Below, piece by piece: positions 10,234 to 19,078 of a stretch of DNA of 64,000 nucleotides; position 1 is the first letter of the stretch, and every line of letters starts with the position of its first letter. Below the pieces are notes generated by a model that searched no databases, was not told the DNA's origin, and was given only the letters and a program-made list of their open reading frames with translations. This stretch comes from Candidatus Caldarchaeum sp. (GTDB lineage: Archaea; Thermoproteota; Nitrososphaeria_A; Caldarchaeales; Caldarchaeaceae). Location: contig JAWBKB010000007.1 in the NCBI GenBank assembly GCA_038831915.1, positions 1 to 64,000 of the forward strand, written 5' to 3'. The position numbers and the translations under genes were made by a program.

Positions 10234-10247
10234 AGGAAATTGATGAT

Positions 10248-10673
10248 TTACGGCGGATTGATTTTGATTGCTTTCGTCGGGCACGATGCTTCGCACGCCA
10301 TGCAGAATATGCAGTCAGCTTCTCTGATTGGTTCCGACTTGTCGGTTCGGTATTTCTCATATAGCTCTCCTTCGAGAGGATAGAGGTCGTTCCCCGTGCC
10401 AGAGCGTCCAGGGTTCAAAGCCCATTCGAAAACATTCACAGGACAGACATCCATACAGATGCCGTCGGCGATGCATGCTTCCCAGTCGACGGCCACGATT
10501 TTGCCGTGAATTCCCAGCTTCGTTGGATACGGGTTTCCGTTAGCGTCGTATCTTTGGATGCCTTCAGCCCGCACTTCGTGACCGTTGTGCATACCCGTTA
10601 TGGGAAATTCTTCGGGTTTTTTCAGAAAGTCGGGGTCGATTGGTTTTGGTGCATAATCAACTTGCCGAACCAA
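10248..10673 (-). CDS. zfx: Zinc-containing dicluster ferredoxin (Sulfolobus/Thermoplasma type)
   Basis: PIDPDF..HNGH..LGIHGKIVAVD, CIADGICMDVCP, DKSEP, CIFCMACEASCP; GGTGA RBS before TTG. Confidence 0.88.
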   Translation of the reverse strand: MVRQVDYAPKPIDPDFLKKPEEFPITGMHNGHEVRAEGIQRYDANGNPYPTKLGIHGKIVAVDWEACIADGICMDVCPVNVFEWALNPGRSGTGNDLYPLEGELYEKYRTDKSEPIREADCIFCMACEASCPTKAIKINPP

Positions 10674-10814
10674 TTTATTTCACCCAATTCGTTCAACGCC
10701 TGCAATATAACGATAACCATACATACCATGTAACGCATCATAGGCGTAATCACCATCTTGGAAATCCATAAGTTGATTAGATTTAAATAACCATGGCCCG
10801 GAAGCAATTGTGTC

Positions 10815-10909
10815 GGGCCGGTAGCTCAGCTTGGTCAGAGAGGGGTGGAATCCCCTGAAGCGTTCGGCTGATAACCGAAAGGTCGGGAGTTCGAATCTCC
10901 CCCGGCCCA
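10815..10909 (+). tRNA. tRNA-Ile(GAT) with 20-nt non-canonical intron at 24/25 (10841-10860)
   Basis: Cloverleaf restored on removing AGGGGTGGAATCCCCTGAAG; splice helix TCAG/CTGA with AG|A and AG|C sites; anticodon GAT 10870-10872; TATA-like TTTAAATA at ~10782. Confidence 0.93.
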
Positions 10910-10910
10910 T

Positions 10911-11498
10911 ATGTTATCGATGAAATCGCAGAGTAGGACTCAGGCCTTAACATTTTTGGCAAGCCTTATATTTTTCACAGAGGCAAAGCCGTCACAGAGC
11001 CTAGTCTTGAATGATCAAAGCTTCTCTGAACGACTGAGCCGGGCGAACACGTTCGAAGACGTGTTCAGGCTGGTTAAGCAACTTGTGCTTGAAAAATTCG
11101 GCATTCGAAGGGGTGGGCTAGGGCTGATTCTCGCCGACCTCCCAACTCATGTTGCCGCCTACCATGAAATCGGGTCCAACGCAATAGTCGTCAACCAATC
11201 TCTACTCAACGCGGTTTACAGCGTAACAAGGTCGAAAACAATGGTCAACAGTTATTTATTCGTCGTTCTACTACATGAATATTTGCACACGTTTGGGTTT
11301 GATGAAAAGCAGACCCGTGAACTGGTCAAAGACGCCGTCACGTCGGTGATGCCTTTCGACCATCCGGCGACGAAAATAGCGGTGACGTCGATTTACGAAG
11401 CCGTGCCAGAGTTGAGAAGCATCGTTATCCAGCCTTCGTCCTCTAAACCAGTGTTGGTGAAAGACTTCGACACCGATAACGTCTCTTACATCAGATAG
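10911..11498 (+). CDS. Hypothetical protein with HEXXH zincin-like motif
   Basis: VLLHEYLHTFG..E; real start likely TTG ~11007. Confidence 0.65.
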   Translation: MLSMKSQSRTQALTFLASLIFFTEAKPSQSLVLNDQSFSERLSRANTFEDVFRLVKQLVLEKFGIRRGGLGLILADLPTHVAAYHEIGSNAIVVNQSLLNAVYSVTRSKTMVNSYLFVVLLHEYLHTFGFDEKQTRELVKDAVTSVMPFDHPATKIAVTSIYEAVPELRSIVIQPSSSKPVLVKDFDTDNVSYIR

Positions 11499-11534
11499 AA
11501 AAAATATAACCCATGAAAGACATCCAAACCGTTA

Positions 11535-12731
11535 ATGCGTAGCGGCTGGGAGATACTCCAAAAGCTGTCGAAAGTCGAAAGACAGTATTTGTTAAGTTTG
11601 ACGCAGGCCAAGGAGGCGGCTTCGATACATGACTATGAAGGATGGCATCACGCACTTGAATGGGTGAGCATACGCGGCGACCAAGTCATCGTCGACGGTG
11701 TCGTGGGGAAGGTCGATGCAGCGGCTGCGCGGCATGCGTCAACATTTGCCCCACTAATGTTTTTGACTACGTCGAGGACAGGCCCGTAAACGTTCGGCTA
11801 AACAACTGCATAGACTTCGACCTATGCGTCGAATCCTGTCCGGAACTACATCTTTCAGACGCAGAAGTCGCGATGAAAACATTCGACAACTACGCCTGCC
11901 AAGTAGACGAGTTCGGAGGGTATGGGGAAATTTTCTACTCACGGAGCAGGGATAAAAGAGTTTTGAAGAGGCCGCAGTATGGCGGCACGGTCACATCACT
12001 GCTTATGTTCGCGTTAAAGGAAAAGATTGTTGACGCTGTCGTGGTTTCGACGACATCAGAAGAAATGCCGCTTAAGCCAGTTGCCAAACTCGTCTACGAA
12101 GCTGAAGATGTGCTAAACTGCAGCGGCTCGAGATACACCTATGCACCCAACCTCCTTGCCTTAAAAGAGGCCTTTGAGATGGGTGTTGAAAGGCTTGCTG
12201 TCGTAGGAGTTCCATGCCAAAATAAACGAGCTCCGATATCTCGCACACGCAGTAAATGAACTTAACAAAATGGTTCAAGAAAAGTGTGGTCTTTTCGATT
12301 GGATTGTTTTGCTCAGAAGTCTTCACGTACAGTGGATTGACCCAATATCTACGCCAAAATGGAATAGACATCCGCGATGTCCGCAAAATCGACATCAAGG
12401 GAAAGGTATACGTCACGTTGAATAACGGTGAGACGGTGGTGAAGCATTTGAAGCCGCTGCAGCGTATGAAAGACTCGCGTGCAGGTTTTGTAAAGACTAC
12501 ACTGCTGAGCTCGCCGACATCTGGGTCGGCGGCCTTGTCACAACCGGCTTGACAATCACGGTGCTACGGACAAAAAATGGTCACGAAATCTTTGAGCAAG
12601 CAGTGGAGTCAGGATATTTGGAGAAAGCAGAGCTGAAGCTGGAAGAGCCTGCACTAAATCTCCTCAGAAAGCTGTGCAAACAAAAACGCGAAAGAATAAC
12701 GCCTCTCGTGAAACCGCGGCCTCATGGATGA
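11535..12731 (+). pseudogene. Frameshifted FrhB/FdhB-like (F420-binding beta subunit) protein with N-terminal 2[4Fe-4S] domain
   Basis: Fragments in different frames reconstruct CSGCAACVNICP, QYGGTVTSLL, SGSRY, VVGVPCQ, IGLFC, C.FCKDYTAELADIWVG, VLRTKNG; at least 3 frame breaks. Confidence 0.8.
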
Positions 12732-12865
12732 GCAAAAAATATTCTGGAAAGTCTTTGGACATGACGTTAAATAATTAATTGTTTGAGACGATAGAACCGC
12801 TATACAGACTTCTTTTCAACATCTAATGAGCTGACTCGTTTCTGCTGGTGGGACGGAATTGGTTC

Positions 12866-13120
12866 CTATTCTTTTTTCAGTTCTTCGTTCAGCTCTTTTT
12901 CTATTTCTTCGAGTGGTTTGGGCGGCGGTGTTGTCGCGAGGGTGTATCCTATCCATGCGATTATTCCCAAAATTCCCGCGACGGCTATGAATCCAGTGAG
13001 CTTAATAACTATGATGTCAAGGCCGAGAATCGGGGGCAGGAAGACAGCCCATCCATACAGAATTATCCCCGCTATGCTGGCTATGAGCAGTAACGCCCCT
13101 AGTGTTTGGTCTTTCGCCAT
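12866..13120 (-). CDS. Small 2-TM membrane protein (DPM2-like appearance)
   Basis: Two hydrophobic helices, TTPPPKPLEEIEKE tail. Confidence 0.75.
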   Translation of the reverse strand: MAKDQTLGALLLIASIAGIILYGWAVFLPPILGLDIIVIKLTGFIAVAGILGIIAWIGYTLATTPPPKPLEEIEKELNEELKKE

Positions 13121-13168
13121 AGCTTGTGTCTGTCGTCAGACGGATATAAATTTAACTTTCTTGTTGGT

Positions 13169-13648
13169 TTGTTTGTCTCGGAGTTGGAGGCTGGGAAAGT
13201 TTCAGTAAGAATAAGACATGGACAAACTGAAGTGGAGTTCACCGGCGACAGAGAAAGCGTTTGGGCTGCGGTTAACAAATATTTCGCAGAAACTCTGGGG
13301 CCCGTCGACATTTTGTCTCGGCTGATGGGAAACGTTTCGGTCACCGATTTGATGAAAAAACTTGAAGGCAGGGTAGTCGTCAATCCGGACGGAATCGACG
13401 TATTGGGCGAAGGTGATTTGAAGAGAAGAATTGTTCTCTGTTTGGCCGCTGCGTGGGCAGGCAAACGCCTTGGAATTTATCCAGAAGACGGGCTGACTCC
13501 GAAAAAAATCGCCTCCGTTCTCCGAGTTGACGAAAGAATTGTTCGTGCACGGTTGAGCGAGCTATGGCGTGACGGCTTCGTCGACAAAGATGGTGAAGGC
13601 GTGTATTTTTTTAAGCCGTCAAAATCTATCAATCTGCTCGAGAGTTGA
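13169..13648 (+). CDS. Hypothetical protein, N-terminal beta-hairpin domain + C-terminal winged HTH (paralog A)
   Basis: LTPKKIASVL..IVRARLSELWRDGFV..GVY wHTH pattern; TATAAA box at ~13145; start uncertain. Confidence 0.7.
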   Translation: MFVSELEAGKVSVRIRHGQTEVEFTGDRESVWAAVNKYFAETLGPVDILSRLMGNVSVTDLMKKLEGRVVVNPDGIDVLGEGDLKRRIVLCLAAAWAGKRLGIYPEDGLTPKKIASVLRVDERIVRARLSELWRDGFVDKDGEGVYFFKPSKSINLLES

Positions 13649-14130
13649 TCATCATGTTGAAGGTTTCAATTGTTTACGGTGATTTGAAAGCCGATTTCGA
13701 AGGCGAGCCTGACCAGGTTTACAGGGAAGTCGTTAGATTTCTGGAGAAAACCATCCCAGCTTACAGTTTCGCTTCGAAGCTTAGCAAGGTGACGGGAATC
13801 GAGGAAGCTTTGGACAAGCTGAAAAACTGGCTCGGCTATGACACTTCTTCCGGCCTTTTCCTAAAAGCAGACTTGACAAAAATTCCGACTTCCACTGCCA
13901 TCTTGTTGTTCGGCGCGTTGAAGCATTTCAACCACGTCATGGGGCATGTCAATAGCTCAGAATTTTTGTCATCTGAGGTCGCGGATTTTTTGGGAAGGCC
14001 TGAGAAAACTGTTTCAGGCAGGTTGACCGAGCTTGTGAAGAAAGGCCTGTTGAAAAGAGTTGGCCGTGGCGGATACTGCCTCACGCCAACTGGATTGAGC
14101 TATTTGGTTGAATCTTCCCCTGACACCTGA
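13645..14130 (+). CDS. Hypothetical protein with C-terminal winged HTH (paralog B)
   Basis: SEVADFLG..KTVSGRLTELVKKGLL..GGYCLTPTG; alignable by eye to upstream gene over full length. Confidence 0.72.
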   Translation: MIIMLKVSIVYGDLKADFEGEPDQVYREVVRFLEKTIPAYSFASKLSKVTGIEEALDKLKNWLGYDTSSGLFLKADLTKIPTSTAILLFGALKHFNHVMGHVNSSEFLSSEVADFLGRPEKTVSGRLTELVKKGLLKRVGRGGYCLTPTGLSYLVESSPDT

Positions 14131-14513
14131 ATGCTTTTCTTCGCCGGTTGCCGAGTCACGTAAAGGTAACGTCGCGGCTCGCCCAATCTTTCTAAAACAC
14201 CTTCACGAACAAGGTCCAGCAAGACGTGTGCCACCGCGGTAGCATCATAAAGATATCCTCGACGCCCGAGCTCGGCTGAAACTTCACCGAGGCTGCGGCC
14301 TTCATCCATCCATCCCGTTTCAACGAGTTCTAAAACAGCTGTTTTGCATGTGACGGGTTTTCTCGGAGGCTTCGCCGGTGTTTGGGTTGTTTGCGGCTCA
14401 GCTGCTTTGATTGCGTTGATAGTGTTTTTGACAGCTTCTTCGATTTTGTCTACCGGTGCTTCGATTTCGACGGTGACGTTGCCTATGTTGATTTTTATTT
14501 TGGCTGTTGTCAA
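14100..14513 (-). CDS. Hypothetical protein with C-terminal winged HTH (paralog C)
   Basis: KIKINIGNVTVEIEA N-terminus like A/B; RSLGEVSAELGRRGY..VLLDLVREGVLER wHTH. Confidence 0.68.
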   Translation of the reverse strand: MTTAKIKINIGNVTVEIEAPVDKIEEAVKNTINAIKAAEPQTTQTPAKPPRKPVTCKTAVLELVETGWMDEGRSLGEVSAELGRRGYLYDATAVAHVLLDLVREGVLERLGEPRRYLYVTRQPAKKSIQVSGEDSTK

Positions 14514-14590
14514 TTGGTTCTATCATATTGGTCATGTTGAGCAAGAAATAAATATTACTGATAATACACATATTGCGGGTGTTGATGTTC

Positions 14591-15604
14591 ATGATGAACA
14601 TTCAATTAAATCACCAATTCGAACCCCTGCACCACCTAAATCACCTCCTTGAAAAAATCGCCTTCAACTCGATTCGACCAAGCCACCCTCATGAATCATG
14701 CCTTCTCATCGAACCCGACTCAGGTGATGACTTCACAGCTCTTCCCGTTGAAATTTCAAAAACCTATGAGCTCCAACCTTCGCAGACCAGTTTGCCGGTG
14801 GTTTCTTGCGACATGTCGACTGTTCGAATAGCCGACACCGTCGAAGGCCCTGTTTTCACGATTCGGGGCAGCGTAGTCAAGAAGCAAGACGGCAAAGTCG
14901 CAGTTTCTGTGGTGGGGCCTTTCGCCTATGTCGCGTCGCATGAAAATATCTCAACGATTTTGAAAGCTCTTTACGGCATGTTGGGAATTTCGGTTGACAG
15001 ACCTGTTTTCAGTTTGTCCGCGGGCCCGAAGCTGGTGGGAAATCTTTTCGAAAAAGTCGTCCAGCTTCATGCATCCAAGGTTCTCGATGGAGGAATTCTG
15101 TTGCTTGACGGCTCGCTGACAGCCGGGCCTCTTGACAGCCCCGCCGAGGCGGTTAAGAAAATCGTCGAATCATCGATGCGACATGGTGTCGGGGTCTGCG
15201 CATTCTCGAAATCGACGACTTTGACGCTTTCAGGCCATAGTATACTGTCATATACAAAAAGCAAGCCACATCCTTACGTTGTTTGGCTGAAACGCACCGA
15301 CCGATTGAGATGGCCTGTGACGCATGGCGCGATATACGTTTTCCATCTTTCACCAAATTCTTTTCCATTCCGTGTGGATGTTTCATCTCGAATCGGAGAT
15401 GTCGAATTGTTAAACGCTCTTTTATCAAGCGACTCGTTTGTGCACGGCTATCCGGAATCGCTTGTGCTGGCGCATCAATTTGCAAAACTCAGCCGACTCG
15501 ACATCATATCTCTGCTCGCCGCGCTTGAATCATCGCTTAAAATCAGGTTCGCCGAACCGTTCTCCGTGAGGTCCAGCCTCTTCACACCGCTCACTCATTC
15601 GTGA
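14591..15604 (+). CDS. nurA: NurA-family nuclease
   Basis: VVSCDMS, LLLDGSL, AFSKSTT, GYPESLVLAH motifs; directly upstream of HerA. Confidence 0.82.
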   Translation: MMNIQLNHQFEPLHHLNHLLEKIAFNSIRPSHPHESCLLIEPDSGDDFTALPVEISKTYELQPSQTSLPVVSCDMSTVRIADTVEGPVFTIRGSVVKKQDGKVAVSVVGPFAYVASHENISTILKALYGMLGISVDRPVFSLSAGPKLVGNLFEKVVQLHASKVLDGGILLLDGSLTAGPLDSPAEAVKKIVESSMRHGVGVCAFSKSTTLTLSGHSILSYTKSKPHPYVVWLKRTDRLRWPVTHGAIYVFHLSPNSFPFRVDVSSRIGDVELLNALLSSDSFVHGYPESLVLAHQFAKLSRLDIISLLAALESSLKIRFAEPFSVRSSLFTPLTHS

Positions 15605-15611
15605 GCCGACG

Positions 15612-17078
15612 ATGAAAATCCTCCAGAAAAAAGGCGATTCTCTTGAGATTCTCTGCATGCCAAGCGAGCTTAACTTCGAGATAGGAGATTATTTGAAAAT
15701 TGGAGACGACGAAAATTTTCTGCTTACACAGGTCATCGACGTGGGATATGTCGAGCTCCCAGGCGGAACAGAAGACCTTCTCAGGGATCTGGTTGTCGAC
15801 GAAATCGAAGCGGTATCTGTCATCGACCCTTACAACACCTCTTCACTCACCTCGATGATAAAGGAGGCGAGAACTTTAACAGCCAAAGTAAGAGCTGTGT
15901 TTGACCACGGCGTTCTTTCGATGAATTCTCCATGGCTTCCCAGCCGATATTCATCCAAATTCGAAAAAGCATCTGGCAACTTTTTGATGAATGCTGTCAT
16001 CCGCGATGATGGTGTTTATTCTTTCGAGGTCGGAAAAGTGGGAGGGGAGCCCTTCAAGCTATCACTCACCAGAATAGACGGAAGCTTGTCCATAATAACG
16101 GGTAAGAAGGAGAGTGGAAAATCTCATCTCGCGAAAATACTTATCGAAGCGATAGCTGTTCATGGAGGAACCGTGCTTATCTTTGATGTTAACGGAGAAT
16201 ACGTCAACCTCGACAAAACGGTCGAAGGCTTTGAAAGTGTTCTGGCTTCATCGTTGAAGGTGTTGAACCCGGGCATCAACTTTACCGCGTCTCTTTCCGA
16301 CATGGGGTTAAAAACTTTTCTCGACATCCTCGAACACGTTTATCACACACCAACGACAAGTTTGCGGGAAATCGCCCGAATCTGGAAAAAGATCGAGAAG
16401 AGATACGGTAAAGTCTCTCTCGAGCTCCTGTTGGAAGTTGTTGAACATGAAAATCTAAACGAGGCCGTTCGCGAAGCCTTGCTTTCCCGCCTACAGAGCA
16501 TTCAATCTTCAGGGTTTATTCGCGATGAAAACCCTACCGATTTTGAAGCTCTGGTTCAGAGGAGACCTTTGGGAAAGATAATGGTGGTGAATCTTTCGAA
16601 GCTTCTTCCAAGCACGCGGCGGCTTGTGGTCGAATTCATTTTGAGTCGGTTGACGTCGCTGCTTTCCCAGAACAAAGCCGACCCTGTATTCCTCCTCGCC
16701 GAAGAGGCACATTTGTACCTGCGTGAAACATATTGGGAAGACCTTGTGACGCGTATGCGGCACATCGGTGTTTTCCCCATTCTTGTCACAAACCAGCCTG
16801 ACACAATACCTGAATACGTGTACAGGCAAGCAGACAACATCTTTCTATTCAACTTCGCAAACGACAGCGACTTGGAAAAAATCGCCAAGATATCGAAGAT
16901 AGATTCGGAAACCGTGAGAATACTGGTGAAGAAGATGCCGCCTCGAACCTGCCTATTGCTGGGCAAAATCGTGTCCGACATCCCCGTCGTGACCAAGGTC
17001 AGGCCGAGTAGTTTGCAGACGTTGGGCCAGACCAAGCTTTTCTTTAAAAAGACGAACACGGTCGCTCAAATGGGTTGA
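15612..17078 (+). CDS. herA: HerA-like ATPase (DUF87/FtsK-HerA)
   Basis: N-terminal HAS-barrel-like region, ITGKKESGKS, IFDVNGEY, LAEEAH, RMRHIG, VTNQP. Confidence 0.85.
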   Translation: MKILQKKGDSLEILCMPSELNFEIGDYLKIGDDENFLLTQVIDVGYVELPGGTEDLLRDLVVDEIEAVSVIDPYNTSSLTSMIKEARTLTAKVRAVFDHGVLSMNSPWLPSRYSSKFEKASGNFLMNAVIRDDGVYSFEVGKVGGEPFKLSLTRIDGSLSIITGKKESGKSHLAKILIEAIAVHGGTVLIFDVNGEYVNLDKTVEGFESVLASSLKVLNPGINFTASLSDMGLKTFLDILEHVYHTPTTSLREIARIWKKIEKRYGKVSLELLLEVVEHENLNEAVREALLSRLQSIQSSGFIRDENPTDFEALVQRRPLGKIMVVNLSKLLPSTRRLVVEFILSRLTSLLSQNKADPVFLLAEEAHLYLRETYWEDLVTRMRHIGVFPILVTNQPDTIPEYVYRQADNIFLFNFANDSDLEKIAKISKIDSETVRILVKKMPPRTCLLLGKIVSDIPVVTKVRPSSLQTLGQTKLFFKKTNTVAQMG

Positions 17079-17689
17079 AAACAGGCGAAATGCTGAACAA
17101 AGCAAAGAAATACCGAGGAGAAGCGGAAGAACTATTGAAGACTTTCAAACAGAATTTCTATGATCCCTCCAAAGTTTGGGATGAACTAATGTACTGCTTA
17201 TGCACTCCTCAGACGAAGGCTGTTAACGCGTTGAAGGCCTGTGAAGAGGTCAAGAAACTTAATCGTGGACGCGTTGAAGAAATCGCGTCAACCCTGAGGA
17301 GATGCGGCGTGCGTTTTCACAACAACAAAGCTCGATACATCGCAGAAGCTAAAAACCACTTTCCACAGCTTTACGAAAAAATCAGAGTCACATCTAACCT
17401 CTTCGAGCTGCGAGAATTTCTCGTCAAAAACGTAAAAGGCATGGGTTACAAAGAGGCAAGCCATTTCTTACGCAACATAGGGTTTGAAAACGTAGCCATA
17501 ATTGACCGACATATCTTCAGATACATGCTTGAGAACAGGCTCATATCACCCAACTTCGGTAAACTCACAGCGCGTAAATACTTGACAGCTGAAAGCAGAT
17601 TAATCAGACACGCGAAAAGGCTCGGTTTGACTCCTGCTTTGCTCGATTTGCTGGTGTGGGCTGTCTCGACAGGTCGAGTTGCTAAATGA
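17075..17689 (+). CDS. ogg: 8-oxoguanine DNA glycosylase/AP lyase (archaeal Ogg)
   Basis: RFHNNKARYI, VKGMGYKEASHFLRNIG, AIIDRH. Confidence 0.9.
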   Translation: MKTGEMLNKAKKYRGEAEELLKTFKQNFYDPSKVWDELMYCLCTPQTKAVNALKACEEVKKLNRGRVEEIASTLRRCGVRFHNNKARYIAEAKNHFPQLYEKIRVTSNLFELREFLVKNVKGMGYKEASHFLRNIGFENVAIIDRHIFRYMLENRLISPNFGKLTARKYLTAESRLIRHAKRLGLTPALLDLLVWAVSTGRVAK

Positions 17690-18618
17690 ACGTAAATTTG
17701 AGCGAGGAACTAAAGTCGTTTCTTTTCGAGTTTGTGCCTGACAGGTTTGAGCAACTGGTTGAAAGCTATGAAAAACCTTTCCCCGAAACATTTAGAGTCA
17801 ATACGCTAAAGATATCCCAGGCCGAATGTCTTGAGCTGCTGGCTGAAGACGGCATCGAAGCAACTCCTATCCCCTACACAGAGGACGGGTTCTACGTCAA
17901 ACCACCCGGCACGGTTTCCACAACGCTCTGGCACATGCTCGGCTACGTCTACGTCCAAGGCCCCGTATCCATCCTGATTACAGAGCTGCTCGACGTCAAG
18001 CCGGGAATGAAAGTACTCGACCTATGCGCCGCCCCAGGCAGCAAAACGACGCACATAGCGGCGAAGCTACAGCGACGCGGAGTCGTTGTCGCAAACGACG
18101 TATCAAGAACACGTATCAAAGCCCTTGCATCCAACATGCAGAGATGCGGAGTAGTAAATGGATTCATCACTCTCTCTGATGGTAGATGTCTGGGCTACAG
18201 ACATAGACGCCTGTTTGACAGAGTGCTCGTAGACGCTCCATGCACCTCACTCGGCATAGGTTCAAAGGATTGGTCCGTTCTCAAATACTGGACCGTTAGA
18301 AGTTCGCAGAGGCTCGGCCGTCTACAACGAAGCCTTCTTCTCTCAGGATATCAAGCGTTGAAGCCCGGCGGATCCCTCATCTACTCAACCTGCACATTCC
18401 ATCCCTTTGAAAACGAATACGTGGTGTCGGCGTTGCTCGAAAAATTTCCAGACGCCAAACTCGAACCTCTCAACATCCAGAACCTATCCTATGAGAAAGG
18501 TCTCGAATCGTGGCAAGGCGTGAACTTCCCCTCCGAGGTAACTAAAACCGTGAGAATCTATCCTTTCCACAGCGGCGCGGAGGGGTTTTACATCGCGAAA
18601 ATCATCAAGCCAGGGTGA
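17686..18618 (+). CDS. RsmB/NOL1/NOP2/Sun RNA m5C methyltransferase
   Basis: LDLCAAPGSKT, VDAPC, YSTCT, ENE motifs. Confidence 0.93.
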   Translation: MNVNLSEELKSFLFEFVPDRFEQLVESYEKPFPETFRVNTLKISQAECLELLAEDGIEATPIPYTEDGFYVKPPGTVSTTLWHMLGYVYVQGPVSILITELLDVKPGMKVLDLCAAPGSKTTHIAAKLQRRGVVVANDVSRTRIKALASNMQRCGVVNGFITLSDGRCLGYRHRRLFDRVLVDAPCTSLGIGSKDWSVLKYWTVRSSQRLGRLQRSLLLSGYQALKPGGSLIYSTCTFHPFENEYVVSALLEKFPDAKLEPLNIQNLSYEKGLESWQGVNFPSEVTKTVRIYPFHSGAEGFYIAKIIKPG

Positions 18619-18622
18619 AATC

Positions 18623-19078
18623 ATGAAAAAATTCGACGAAAACATGTTGAAGACTTTGAAAGAGCAAATTAGAGCGGCCTACGGCGTGGAGCTTGAAACT
18701 CAAGGACATGTAGTGCTACAAACAGGTGAGAATAAAATACGTTTTACCACGGAGGAAACCTATGAACTTGCTCTAAACTTTAGGGGAGTGGCCAACATAG
18801 GTGTTTACGTGGCCAAAAGCAGGAAAAAATTCACCCTAATCACTATCGAAGGATGTATGTTCACAAAATTATTAGCGGGTGCGAATTTGGTGCATGTTTC
18901 GAAGGAGCAGGCCCTGTCGTGGATGAAAGGAGACCCTGTGGAGGTCGGGCCTGTTTCCGCGAAAACCGTCATCGGCATGTATGGTAAACATTTTCTCGGC
19001 TCCGCGGTTGTTGACGTGAACGGAACCGCTTATCCACAGATACCGAAATGGAGAAGAATTCCACCAACAATTAGTTGA
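18623..19078 (+). CDS. NIP7/PUA-like RNA-binding partner of the m5C methyltransferase
   Basis: Position after NOL1/NOP2 gene; TIEG, EQALSWMKG, FLGSA, IPKWRR pattern. Confidence 0.6.
   Translation: MKKFDENMLKTLKEQIRAAYGVELETQGHVVLQTGENKIRFTTEETYELALNFRGVANIGVYVAKSRKKFTLITIEGCMFTKLLAGANLVHVSKEQALSWMKGDPVEVGPVSAKTVIGMYGKHFLGSAVVDVNGTAYPQIPKWRRIPPTIS

Noticed and set aside
12786-12845. GAGACGA...TCGTTTC stem with AACCGC/CTAATGA, reminiscent of a fluoride riboswitch or C/D sRNA
   Set aside because: Lacks the GGCGAUGG...CGCC P1 and a proper C box; lies between convergent gene ends
9415-12860. Possible integrated element at tRNA-Ser or tRNA-Ile
   Set aside because: No integrase and no repeat of a tRNA 3' end seen; the AT/T-rich tract after tRNA-Ser fits a terminator
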